The notes beneath the pieces are model-generated. The model ran no database searches, had not been told where the DNA came from, and worked only from the letters and a program-made list of their open reading frames with translations. A DNA stretch of 64,000 nt. It comes from Acidimicrobiia bacterium. GTDB taxonomy: Bacteria > Actinomycetota > Acidimicrobiia > Spongiisociales > ZC4RG35. Positions 39,577 to 51,400 of the stretch are shown here, piece after piece (position 1 is the stretch's first letter; each line of letters begins with the position of its first letter). The position numbers and the translations under genes are program-made. The stretch spans positions 1,248,001-1,312,000 of the forward strand of contig OZ244034.1 of assembly GCA_965215185.1 (NCBI GenBank), given 5' to 3'.

Positions 39577-40952
39577 CGTCTGGTCTCTCCCCTATCACCT
39601 GAAAGAGCGCGAGATACGTCCAACAGATACGTCCTTTCTTCTGCTGAAAAGGCGATTAACTGACCATCCGGCGACCAATCCCAAAAAAAGAGGTCACTTG
39701 TCACCCGTACGGCATCCTCACCTTGGGAGGTGGAGATCCACAAATCGTCACTGTCGTCGTATCCAAGTCGACTGCCGTCCCGTGACCACATCCAGAACTC
39801 GACATCTGTTGCGAACCGGACAGTATCTCTCCCGCCGGAGGTGGATACCCATAAGTCGCCGTCCTCCTGGTAGGCAATCTTCTCCCCATCGGGCGACCAC
39901 ACAATCGGGACATCGTCAGAGAGTTGCCACGAGAGAAAAATCGCTAACTCCCACACCTCCCCCGCTCCGTCACGAGCTATTCGGACGGAGTCCTGGCCGT
40001 CGGAGGTGGATACCCATAGGTCGCCGTCCTCATCGTGGGCAATCTTCTCCCCATCGGGCGACCACAACCACTCTTCATTCCCGCCACCGCGAGCTATTCG
40101 GACGGAGTCCTGGCCGTCGGAGGTGGATACCCATAAGTCTCCGTCCTCATCGTAAGCAAGTCGTTTCCCATCGGGTGACCAGTTCCACAAGGACACGTCA
40201 CTGGTGAGCCGCTGAGCTTCTTCACCATCGGGGCGGGAAACCCAGAGCTCTCCGTCCTCCTCGTAGGCAAGCAGTTCGCCATCAGGTGACCAAGCCCAAC
40301 TGCCTACGGTGCGTGCCAACCGCTGAGCTTCTTCACCATCGGGGCGGGAAACCCAGAGCTCTCCGTCCTCCTCGTAGGCAAGCAGTTCGCCATCAGGTGA
40401 CCAAGCCCAACTGCCTACGGTGCGTGCCAGCCGCTGAGCTTCTTCACCATCGGGGCGGGAAACCCAGAGCTCTCCGTCCTCCTCGTAGGCAAGCAGTTCG
40501 CCATCAGGTGACCAAGCCCAACTAGCTACATCACTGCTGGTCAGCCGTTCAGTCTCCTCTCCATCTACCCTGAAGACCCAAAGCCCATCGCGGGGGTCAA
40601 CATATGCAACACGACTGCTATCAGGAGACCAGGATTCGAGCAATTCTTCGAAATACGGTTGCTTCTCTGTCAGATGCACAGTTCTCTTCCCATCCACAGA
40701 GGACACCCGCAAGCCATCCCCGCTCTCACTCATAACTACATAGCGACAGTCGGGAGAAAACACAACTTCGTGTGCAGCGGTGGAAATCCGAACCCGGTCA
40801 TCTCCAGGTGCCAAACCCAAATCGTCGCAATCGCTACCAGCCGCAGGTCCTTCCCCTCCTCCACAAGCAATGAGGACTATGGCCATCACTCCGAGTAAAG
40901 CCAAACCAGACGAACGCCACCCTTTGGGAAAGTAGGAGTTGTCTTTGATCAT
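39573..40952 (-). CDS. PD40/WD40-like propeller lipoprotein
   Basis: Lipobox LIAC; W.WSPDG..LAY.EDG.LWVS repeats. Confidence 0.85.
   Translation of the reverse strand: MIKDNSYFPKGWRSSGLALLGVMAIVLIACGGGEGPAAGSDCDDLGLAPGDDRVRISTAAHEVVFSPDCRYVVMSESGDGLRVSSVDGKRTVHLTEKQPYFEELLESWSPDSSRVAYVDPRDGLWVFRVDGEETERLTSSDVASWAWSPDGELLAYEEDGELWVSRPDGEEAQRLARTVGSWAWSPDGELLAYEEDGELWVSRPDGEEAQRLARTVGSWAWSPDGELLAYEEDGELWVSRPDGEEAQRLTSDVSLWNWSPDGKRLAYDEDGDLWVSTSDGQDSVRIARGGGNEEWLWSPDGEKIAHDEDGDLWVSTSDGQDSVRIARDGAGEVWELAIFLSWQLSDDVPIVWSPDGEKIAYQEDGDLWVSTSGGRDTVRFATDVEFWMWSRDGSRLGYDDSDDLWISTSQGEDAVRVTSDLFFWDWSPDGQLIAFSAEERTYLLDVSRALSGDRGETRR
40209..40523. repeat. 111-bp tandem repeat x~3
   Basis: Units start at 40209, 40320 and 40431; essentially identical. 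Confidence 0.9.
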
Positions 40953-41040
40953 ATGCCAAGAGAATAGAACAACGATTCTCCCCCGCGTAAATCGTCCCTA
41001 GGCGAACCAAGCCGACGCTGAGGTTGGTAAGAAAATTGAG

Positions 41041-41545
41041 GCTGCGCGAATTTGTGGGGAGCGGGGGTTGAGGTCCTTGGTTAAGGGTTGAGGCCTCGCT
41101 GGAATAGGTGGTGATAACAAATCGCCTAATCCGAGGAGGCCTCAATGAGTGCTGATTTTATGACGGTGCGGCTTCACTTGCCTGGAGTCCGTGTGACCGG
41201 TGTGGTGGTGGACACCCCCACGGAGTTGGTAGTAGGGGTGATTTCTGTCAAGAAGTTGTCCAAGTGCCCGCACTGTGGGTGTTCGTGCCGGCGGGTGCAT
41301 GACCGCCGTCAACGCCGGATCCGTGACCTGGAGGTCAGCGGCCGTCCGACGGTGCTTTTGTGGACCCAGCGGCGGTTCGTGTGCGATAGCTGCGGGAAGC
41401 GACACTTGGAGAATCATCCTCAGTTCGAGGGAGGTATGACACGCCGATTGGCTCGCCGGTTGGTCCAAGACGCCCAGGCGATGCCCGTTCGGGCGGTGGC
41501 CCGCCGTCACCGGATTGGGTGGCATCTGATCATGGGGCTGGTATC
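41041..41545 (+). mobile_element. ISL3-family relic (5' part)
   Basis: CPHCG..HDRRQRRIRDL..RRFVC..C zinc finger and HTH; fused to the truncated subtilase. Confidence 0.85.
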
Positions 41546-42256
41546 ATGGCCATCGTCGTCAGATCTGTGACATTCATAGTCCCCCAACTGCCTGCCCACC
41601 ACGCCATGGGAGAGGTCACGGTGGTCAGCGTCAACACCCGAGTCGATCACGGCCACTGTAACATTCGCTCCCTGCGGCCAGCCGACCCACAACTCCCTGG
41701 CCTGCATCCTCTCTAGGTGCCACTGCTGTTCCGACTCCGGGTCGTCGCTGTATGAACCGGTCTGGGCTGGCCACACTTCTAAAACCGGAGAGCCCACAGC
41801 ATGCACTTCAGGATATGCAGCCAGGCCGTCACGTACCTCAGCAATGCTCCGCCCCTCAAGAGGCACATACTCAACGATCAGACATCCCCCCGAGATTCGC
41901 ACAACCTCCGCCACCTCTTCAAGCGACTCCACAGAAACAGCCTCGGGACACGCCGCGTCCGCATCAAGGGTGGCAACCGCCGCAGCCAAACGCTCCAAGT
42001 CGATATCCGACAACGCAGGAGTAGTGAAAGGATCGAACAGAGGAATCTCCAAAGCAGCAGCCTCGGAGATAACTGAGGGCTGGTCGACATCCCCTCTTTG
42101 TGCATCAGAGTCAATATCGCTGCTCTGCGTGTCAGGGTCAACATGGGCCCTCCCGCCACTGTCTTCATCCAACCCACCAAACGCAACCCAAGCAACAACT
42201 GCGATCAAAGCAACAATCGCCACAGCCACTACCCATCTCCATCGCCCGGGGCTCAT
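41546..42256 (-). pseudogene. S8 subtilase copy 2, truncated after DGH
   Basis: MSPGRWRWV...VAVIDSG...DDDGH then ISL3 sequence. Confidence 0.85.
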
Positions 42257-42425
42257 TCGCTTCTATCTTCCCAGCCGCATGACATCAAAGACAGGCCCAG
42301 AACGCTCCAAAGTAAGCACTCCTCGCTGGTGCTCAAGACCGCGTGGGAGGTTGGTTCACCCCGCATTCAACGTAGGGCGTTGTAACAAAAGCTCTCGTCC
42401 TGTGAATGGCCTGTTAGGGTCATTC

Positions 42426-42911
42426 TCAGACTGTCACCACTACCGAAGAGGCCCGTTTGTCGTGCCAACCTTGCTGCCGCTCATCTCCCAGAACAGTGGC
42501 ATAAACAAAGATGGCTAACACCGGTGCGTACAAGATAACAAGCACACCAACGACTATCGAGAGGTCCAAGGCACCTACTCCCAACAATAACAACTGCAAG
42601 CCCAGTCCCGCTAAACTTGGCGCATTCGGTACTAGGAACCTTTGAATCGACTGATTCCATGACAGCAAACCGCCGTTGTCCAGTCGGATCACCTTAAGCC
42701 CGACAATTCGCTTGCCCAACGTCTGCCCGTAAGCCTGCAAAAGCCACAATTCGTATGCAATCAACACCACCAGAGCGAACAAAGGGGGTAGACGGAATAC
42801 GTACAACAGGATCAGTGCCAAAACACTGTCCAACGATCTAGCACCCAAACGCTTGATCGGACGAGCCAAAGTGTGTTCTTCGCCGTTGCCAAGGACAACC
42901 GACTTATCCAT
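42426..42911 (-). CDS. RDD family membrane protein (copy 2)
   Basis: 161-aa paralog of 25778-26263. Confidence 0.9.
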   Translation of the reverse strand: MDKSVVLGNGEEHTLARPIKRLGARSLDSVLALILLYVFRLPPLFALVVLIAYELWLLQAYGQTLGKRIVGLKVIRLDNGGLLSWNQSIQRFLVPNAPSLAGLGLQLLLLGVGALDLSIVVGVLVILYAPVLAIFVYATVLGDERQQGWHDKRASSVVVTV

Positions 42912-43109
42912 ACATCAACCTTTCATTGATAGCAATCGCTACCCGCTGCCTCCTAACATAGCGGTAAGGATGCTCCAAGCCGGGGCCACCCTGACCTCCA
43001 TGCATGGAGGTCAACGTCATTATAAGGCGCTGGCCTAAGAAGCACCTTCCTCAAGCGCCCCAAAAGATCGTCACTGCCCAGCGTCGTCGGTAGGCAAATA
43101 CCTTCCCAT

Positions 43110-43219
43110 GCCCACCGGCGTGGTCACCCGACGGCAGCAAGATACCTTTCAACAGCTGGGGGAATCACCTATCAGTCGTGAACGCTGACGGCACCAACCA
43201 GCAACAACTCAGGAAATGA
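43110..43219 (+). pseudogene. relic C-terminus of a CAP/PD40 gene
   Basis: PPAWSPDGSK...VVNADGTNQQQLRK* matches the end of 36047-39337. Confidence 0.6.
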
Positions 43220-43284
43220 CACAAGTCGTCGCCTTCAGCTAAACGTGGCTTTTGTGGTCACCAACGTTTTCGGATTACGACAAC

Positions 43285-46200
43285 TCATCTGAGTAGTATC
43301 TCGTTCGATTCTTTTCCGTTGATTTTTACGTAGACGGTCATTGGTTGGTCTCCCCAGTAGTAACAGCCAGAGTTGCTGCTCCCGGCCCACGAACCCGACC
43401 AGGCCGCGCTGCTTTGTCCTGCGGTCCAGCACTCGAGTTGATATGGCGACCCGCCGAAATCGGAAAGATTCGAAACACCAACGTTCCGGCAGATGGCTGC
43501 TCTCAGACATTCAGCATGACTCTGACTGGTAGCGGAGTTCCAATTCCAACGGTTCCGGACAGCGCTACCAGCATCGTATGCCACGGGGCTCGGGCTGACC
43601 CCTTCCCGAACAGTGACACCATTGCTCACACCCCACTCGCTCCAACCCGCCGCGTTGTGAGCCCTCACCCAAACGCTATAGGTACCCGGTTGCAGGTTGG
43701 ACCACCTAAAGCTGGTGGTACCTGCACCAACCTCCCCCGTACTGCCACCTATCTCCCACTTATCGATCGGCGAACCATTATCAGACGCCGACCAAGACGC
43801 CGAAACAGTGCTGCCTGTGACCACAGCGTCAACACTCGGAACATCCGGCCGTTGTAGTGTCGGCCGCTCCAATAGGAGTCTATTGGATGCTTTTCCGTTG
43901 ATTTTTACGTAGACGGTCATTGGTTGGTCTCCCCAGTAGTAACAGCCAGAGTTGCTCTCCCGGCCCACGAACCCGACCAGGCCGCGCTGCTTTGTCCTGC
44001 GGTCCAGCACTCGAGTTGATATGGCGACCCGCCGAAATCGGAAAGATTCGAAACACCAACGTTCCGGCAGATGGCTGCTCTCAGACATTGGTGACTCCTG
44101 GTAGCGGAGTTCCAATTCCAACGGTTCCGGACAGCGCTACCAGCATCGTATGCCACGGGGCTCGGGCTGACCCCTTCCCGAACAGTGACACCATTGCTCA
44201 CACCCCACTCGCTCCAACCCGCCGCGTTGTGAGCCCTCACCCAAACGCTATAGGTACCCGGTTGCAGGTTGGACCACCTAAAGCTGGTGGTACCTGCACC
44301 AACCTCCCCCGTACTGCCACCTATCTCCCACTTATCGATCGGCGAACCATTATCAGACGCCGACCAAGACGCCGAAACAGTGCTGCCTGTGACCACAGCG
44401 TCAACACTCGGAACATCCGGCCGTTGTAGTGTCGGCCGCTCCAATAGGAGTCTATTGGATGCTTTTCCGTTGATTTTTACGTAGACGGTCATTGGTTGGT
44501 CTCCCCAGTAGTAACAGCCAGAGTTGCTGCTCCCGGCCCACGAACCCGACCAGGCCGCGCTGCTTTGTCCTGCGGTCCAGCACTCGAGTTGATATGGCGA
44601 CCCGCCGAAATCGGAAAGATTCGAAACACCAACGTTCCGGCAGATGGCTGCTCTCAGACATTCAGCATGACTCTGACTGGTAGCGGAGTTCCAATTCCAA
44701 CGGTTCCGGACAGCGCTACCAGCATCGTATGCCACGGGGCTCGGGCTGACCCCTTCCCGAACAGTGACACCATTGCTCACACCCCACTCGCTCCAACCCG
44801 CCGCGTTGTGAGCCCTCACCCAAACGCTATAGGTACCCGGTTGCAGGTTGGACCACCTAAAGCTGGTGGTACCTGCACCAACCTCCCCCGTACTGCCACC
44901 TATCTCCCACTTATCGATCGGCGAACCATTATCAGACGCCGACCAAGACGCCGAAACAGTGCTGCCTGTGACCACAGCGTCAACACTCGGAACATCCGGC
45001 CGTTGTAGTGTCGGCCGCTCCAATAGGAGTCTATTGGATGCTTTTCCGTTGATTTTTACGTAGACGGTCATTGGTTGGTCTCCCCAGTAGTAACAGCCAG
45101 AGTTGCTGCTCCCGGCCCACGAACCCGACCAGGCCGCGCTGCTTTGTCCTGCGGTCCAGCACTCGAGTTGATATGGCGACCCGCCGAAATCGGAAAGATT
45201 CGAAACACCAACGTTCCGGCAGATGGCTGCTCTCAGACATTCAGCATGACTCTGACTGGTAGCGGAGTTCCAATTCCAACGGTTCCGGACAGCGCTACCA
45301 GCATCGTATGCCACGGGGCTCGGGCTGACCCCTTCCCGAACAGTGACACCATTGCTCACACCCCACTCGCTCCAACCCGCCGCGTTGTGAGCCCTCACCC
45401 AAACGCTATAGGTACCCGGTTGCAGGTTGGACCACCTAAAGCTGGTGGTACCTGCACCAACCTCCCCCGTACTGCCACCTATCTCCCACTTATCGATCGG
45501 CGAACCATTATCAGACGCCGACCAAGACGCCGAAACAGTGCTGCCTGTGACCACAGCGTCAACACTCGGAACATCCGGAACCAACTGCCTCTGCCGCGCT
45601 CCGGGTATGGCGGTCGAAGGGCGTGACCAGTCGCCTGTGCCTTGGGAGTTGGCTGCTTGGACTTCTACGCTGTATTCCACACCGTTGGTGAGCCCGGCGA
45701 TAATGCCCCCGTTGCCGGTGAAGGGTCCGTGGGTCGTCCTGCGCTCCCTCCCGATTTGTGCTACGCCGCGGTTTGTCCCGCTTCGTGTTATGCCGACGTA
45801 ATAGCCGGTAATGGGAGACCACCCGTTGTCGCTGGGTGGATTCCAGCGGACTGTGATCCGACCGTCGTCCGGATCAAGGGCGGGTGCCTGAGGCGCGGCT
45901 GGTGCTCCACATGGCCCGTTGCTCCATCCGAGCCACTTCTTCCGTTCACATGCTATGTAGCTATCTGTTAGTTTTGTATAACTGCCATACCCATAGGTCC
46001 CGTGGTATGACATGATCGATCCAGCCAGTTCCTCTAGTCGGTCGTTGCCGCCACAATCAGGAACAGAAACCCCCGTTTTACACTGTGTTGTGATTGCGCT
46101 GTCCCCTCCTTGCTTGTCACAATCTCCAGAGTCATCAAAGGCATGACACAGGGAGAATCCAGAATGGCCGACCTCGTGAGCAACCAGCCAAAACCTTGTT

Positions 46201-47510
46201 GAGGACTGGCTTCTGGTTGAAGTTTGTATTAAGACGTAGGGCTCGATATTCCTAAACAAATAGCCCCCGGGTGGTCCGAATCCTTCGACGTTGCCAGTCT
46301 TGACGTCGGCCACTATCACGGATATACGCCTAATATCGGTGGAAGAAGAACCGCGGTTATTGGGATCGCCGAAAACCGCATCGTAGCATGGATTGTTCCC
46401 TATGCTGCCGTACCATTTTGTTACGCTCTCGTTAGCCCAGGTTGCCGGGTCCATAGCTTCGGTTGGGAAGTAGAGATCTCCCTTCTCAAACGTGACCGTT
46501 GACTTATTACCCGACTCTCTACGAAAAAACGTCGCTACCTGTTCCATCTGGGCGATCTCATTTTGCAAGTCAGCCTCAGTGAAATTATTCGGCGGCCCAC
46601 AGTAGTGAACCGATACAACTAGGTTCGATATACCAGGCAAAGGCTCGGCGTAAAAACTGACATCTGGTCCGAAGTCATCTATTGGGGTCATGCTATCCAG
46701 TGTGGGAGGACGGCCACGCTGGAGGAAGGCGGCCATCTGGGCTCGTGTAAGGCTCATGTTGGGGCAGAATCGCAAGGGGACGTTGGAGCAGCCACGTGTT
46801 ATTCCACTCTGATAGAGCTTGTCTATGGAGGTCTTGCTGAACACGCCCAAGGTGTCGATGAATCCTGCGTCAGGCGCGTCGGGGAGGTCGAAGGCCCGGT
46901 CGAGGAACGCAGCCATCTGCGCGCGGGTGACCGTGTCGTTCGGACAAAACCTCAACGGGTCCAAACCACATCCAACGGTAACGCGGAGTTCTGCCAAGCG
47001 TTCCACGTAGCTCTCCCACCATGGCCTTCCAGGGATGTCCTCGAACCGTGAGTTCCGAACCGCAGGGTCGCTGCCGTCAAGAACGCGGACTATCCACACT
47101 GCTAACACCCACCGCTTTATGGGAAGATCTGGACAGAACTGTCCGGGTTGACAGTCGGTACCAGCAAGGATGCCGTCTGCTGCCAAGGCCGCTATGTCAA
47201 GAGCGGCGAAGTGGTGGTCGGGGACGTCCACATAATCGTACACTGTGTCGCCTACTTCATCTGTTGCCATGAGATCAAGATCCCCAATGGGAGTACCGGC
47301 CCGGGAAGTTGGGCCAGGTGTTGTGGCGAGAGACGCCTCTTCAGAAGCCTGTTCGATCAGCCCGCCAGGGGGTGGCGGGGCGTTGGCCCCGGCAGAGGCG
47401 GACGCTTCAACTCCGGTTCCGAGAAACACCGCAAAAACGACAGCCACCAGGAACCCGGAGTACGCAAACGAACCGGACTTATGTCCATCGGAGCGGAAAC
47501 GTTGACTCAC
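43285..47510 (-). CDS. SLH + metzincin-like peptidase + FN3 + 4 tandem FN3/Cys-domain repeats (frameshift in repeat 3)
   Basis: SLH units; VAHEVGHSGFSLCH...SIMSY Met-turn; FN3; last repeat ends in another frame at 43285. Confidence 0.8.
43300..45578. repeat. 579-bp tandem repeat x4
   Basis: AACACTCGGA anchors at 43831, 44403, 44982 and 45561 (spacing 572, 579, 579). Confidence 0.95.
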
Positions 47511-47600
47511 ATGTATGCCTTACTTATCCCAAAACATTGCTATGCGTAAACTCGCATTCCACCCGATCCATTTATGATGCCACCTGAATTTTGGTTCATT

Positions 47601-47805
47601 GATGCTCCTATCCTTTGCAAATTGAACCGCCCCGATTTAGCGGAGAGTGTTTTGTTTGAGTCTGTTGCCTGTTCCTGGTGGTGATTGTCTGTAGTGGTTG
47701 GCCTTATTTTCGGCGGGTAGGATGTTCCCGATAGGTTCGAGACATCTTTGGTGGTTGAACCCGTCCACGTCTTCGACGGTGGCGCACTCGACGTGGTCGA
47801 GGAAA
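47601..47805 (-). mobile_element. IS3 right-end relic abutting an IS110 right end
   Basis: VECAT...GFNHQR.LEPIGNI.PAE plus IR GGGGCGGTTCA, followed by TTGCAAAGGATAGGAGCATC. Confidence 0.65.
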
Positions 47806-47843
47806 AGAGTAGGATCAGTGCCGCCAATGTCGGATGTGCTTTT

Positions 47844-48233
47844 CTAATCTCCCGCCAATGCCGGGAATCCACATGTGTCCAAGGCCTCCCGAGCGGCAAC
47901 AGACGGTTGGTCACTGCTGCCGGACAAGATACGTCCGTTGTAGTGCGTCGCAAGACAGGAGCGCTGGCCGGCTGTTATGCTGCCCCCATCAACAAGGTCG
48001 ACTAAATAAGCGAAAGATGACACCTCGCCCGGAGACTTTCCTATCGGGACACGAATCGTCTCCTGGTTTCCCCACGCATCCGTAATCCTGTATTCGTCGT
48101 ATCCCCCAGAACCGCAGGCGGATAAGGCCATCAGTGTCGCCAGCCCTATTATCCGCAGATTCCACCGATGCACTACAGATCGTCGCGAAACAGGAACGAG
48201 GGTTCCGGTTCTCATCGGTTCTTGAGTACGCAT
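47844..48233 (-). CDS. small hypothetical lipoprotein
   Basis: Hydrophobic stretch plus LSAC lipobox; start uncertain. Confidence 0.5.
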   Translation of the reverse strand: MRTQEPMRTGTLVPVSRRSVVHRWNLRIIGLATLMALSACGSGGYDEYRITDAWGNQETIRVPIGKSPGEVSSFAYLVDLVDGGSITAGQRSCLATHYNGRILSGSSDQPSVAAREALDTCGFPALAGD

Positions 48234-48407
48234 TTTTGCTCACTTATCCTCACCACGTGCCGAGGTAGGCAGCCTGCTCCAAATCCCATTGGATCTAGTG
48301 TGTTGAGCCGCTGCCTCTTCTGGTTTGACATGCTTATTAATACCATTTCTCAGTTGTCCTACATTTGACATTGTTGTATTATTCGGCGACCTTTAAGCCA
48401 ATAGTTT

Positions 48408-51400
48408 CTATGATCCCGACCGGAGTTCTGGAGGTGGATTGGTAGGTCCAAAATAGTTTCGACCCCAGCAGATCACTTCCCCTGCGGTATTCAGACCGCA
48501 TGAGTAACCGGATCCGCAGGCGATTGCTTCCAAGACCTCCCCGGGCGGTGGGGATGCCTGCCCATCGTAGTTGGTGCCCCAACACTCGACTCTTCCGTCC
48601 GGCCGGATGGCACAGGAATACCCGACCCCAGCCGCGACCGCTTTGAAAGGACCGTCTGGAGGGGATGCCTGATCCTCATCATCGCTACCCCAGCAGATCG
48701 CCGTGTTGTCGGTTCGTAGTGCGCACGAATGGGTATGGCCGCTCGAGACAGTGGTGAACCTGCCCCCAGGAGGTGCTGATTGTCCGAATGAGTCGTCACC
48801 CCAGCAGTCGATACTGCCGCCGGAAAGCACCCCGCAGGTGTACCCGGTCCCTGCTGCAATGTCCACAAAGCTGCCAGCGGGCGGCGATGATTCGCCTTGG
48901 TAGTTGCCACCCCAACAGACAGCCGATCCGTCCGGACGTAAAGCACAGGAGTGGCCGAAGCCGGCTGTTGCGGCGGTGAATGTGTCCGACGGTGGGGATG
49001 CCTCGCCGTCGTAGTTATGACCCCAGCATCGAACGCCTCCCCCGGTATCGACGCCGCAGGTATGGAAGGCACCTGCTTCAACACTTGTGAACAGCACATC
49101 CGGCGGTGATGCTTGTCCAAAGTCATTGTTTCCCCAACAGACCACCCTCCCGTCTGTTTCCAACCCGCACGAGTGATGATCACCGATCGTGATCTGCTTC
49201 AGATGCAAGGTCTGCTGGGTTGCAGAACTGCCGCGCCAAACAGAGGGTGACCACACAGGCGAGAAGGCACCGTCAGTAATGCGGATGACCTCGCTGCCGT
49301 CGATCCTCATCGACAGGATGCCGTGGCTTTCGGCCTCCGCATAGATATCGGTGATCGGCTCGTCATAGAGATGTTGGCTCTCGAAGATCATGCGCTGGCC
49401 GTCGGGGGACCAATCGGCGTTGAAGCCACCAAAGGAAGTCAACTGGCGGACGTCAGAGCCGTCCCGGTTGATCACCAGGATCTCGCTGTCGTAGGAGTAG
49501 GTGTCGCCTCCACTGTTGAAGAGGAGCTGTCTGCCGTCGGAAGACCAACTCGGGCTGGAGCCTCCGGAGTAGGTCAGTCTATGGACGTCAGTTCCATCGG
49601 CGTCCATGATGAAGACCTGGCTGCTCCCGTCGACAACCCTGTGAAAGGAAATCAGCCTGCCGTCCGGGGACCAACTCGGGCTGGAGCCTCCGGAGTAGGT
49701 CAGTCTATGGACGTCAGTTCCATCGGCGTCCATGATGAAGACGTTCTCGGAATCATCGAAGTTGTACCGCCATTTGCTAGTGAAGTAGGTTCCGACTCGT
49801 GCAAACACGATCCGGGTGCCATCCGGAGACCAACTGGGACTATTGCCGCCCGATGTCGTCAGTTGCTGAACATTCTGACCGTTGGCAGCCATGACGAACA
49901 CTTCGTCTTCACCCGTGCGAGTGCTGCTGAAGAGGATTCTGGTTCCATCAGGTGACCAGCTCGGGTCGGAGTCGTACCAAGCCAGATTGAAGTCGCCTAA
50001 GAATTCGTCGCCCTGATTGGTGTTGGCGGGAGTAAGTCGCTGAGGTTCCGATCCGTCAGGATTTGCCACATAAATGGCGCCGTAACTGACGAAGGCGATG
50101 CGCTCCGGTATCGGGACAGCCAGTTGCGGCTCACCTCCTCGGCCCGGCCGTCCTACCGGATCCGATGCGCCGAGCGAGGACCAAGACGGATGGCTCTCAT
50201 CTTGACCATCCGTGCGGGTCAGATTGGATGGGTTAGCGCCATCTGCGTTCATAACCCAGATGTCGCCGTCACCGTCGCGATCGCTGGTGAATGCGATCTT
50301 CGTGCCATCTAGCGACCAGGTCGGATCGGTGTCCGATGATGGATCGTCGGTGAGGTTTAGCCAGTTGTTCCCTTCGATGTCCATTGCCCAGATGTCGTTG
50401 TCAAAGAAACCGAATTCCTCTTGGTCGTGAACGAAGACGATCCGGGTGCCGTCGGGCGACCATGCGGGCTGGCTCTCATAATCGTTGTTGTCGTGGAGGT
50501 TGCGAGCCTTGGATCCGTCCGCGTCCATTACCCAGATATCGAAATCGCCTCCGTCGCGTTCGCTGGCAAACGCGATTTTGCTGCCATCGGGTGACCAAGC
50601 CGGCTCGGTGTCCGATGACGGATGATTGGTTATATTATGCCGGTTGGTCCCGTCAGCCTTCATTACCCAGATATCGAGGTTTCCGCTCTGTTGGCTGACG
50701 AAGGCTATTCTGGTGCCGTCGGGCGACCATGCGGGCTGGAACTCGACCGAGTCGTTGCCGGTGAGGTTCCGCCAGTTGGTGCCATCGGCATCCATAACCC
50801 AGATGTCGTTGTCATCCTCGTCATACTCCCAAGCCTCCCTGTGCACAAAGGCCAGCCGAGCGCCGTCCGGTGACCATGCCGGTTGCGCGGCATTGTGGGC
50901 CAAGCGACATCGGTCCCCTTCCGGCGAGAGTTCGATAGCCCATACGTCGTAACGGTCTATGAGCTTGGCCCCGGTGTCATCTTTCTCGTCCCCATCACTG
51001 TGAATATCAACAGCAACCTGGTAGAGGACCGGCCCTTGGGCGGTGGAGAGTTCTTGACAGGAGCGGAACAGTTCTCCGAGCCGTTGGATCGCCCTGAGCG
51101 GCTGGATGATCCCGAATCCGTACTCCTTCGTCCAGCTCCCGGGCGCATCGGGATTGTAAGCCGTTTCGTATAGGGCCCGACGGATTTCCCCCACCGAAGC
51201 CTTCGGATAACGGGCTTTTATGTGCGCAACAACCGCACTCACCATGGGCGCCGCCTGGGACGTTCCCCTAACCGCTGCAGTGCATTCCTTGATTAACCCT
51301 GAACATTTGTTCCATGTTGAAAGAATGTCCGGTCCCCCCGGTGCTGCGATACCTACATGGTCACTGGCTGTACTGAAAGGCGCCTTGTTTTCAGCTTTGT

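Noticed and set aside
43300-45578. 579-bp repeats as a DGR template/variable repeat or CRISPR array
   Set aside because: Units are in-frame coding and identical except for small indels; no adenine-specific changes, spacers, reverse transcriptase or cas genes
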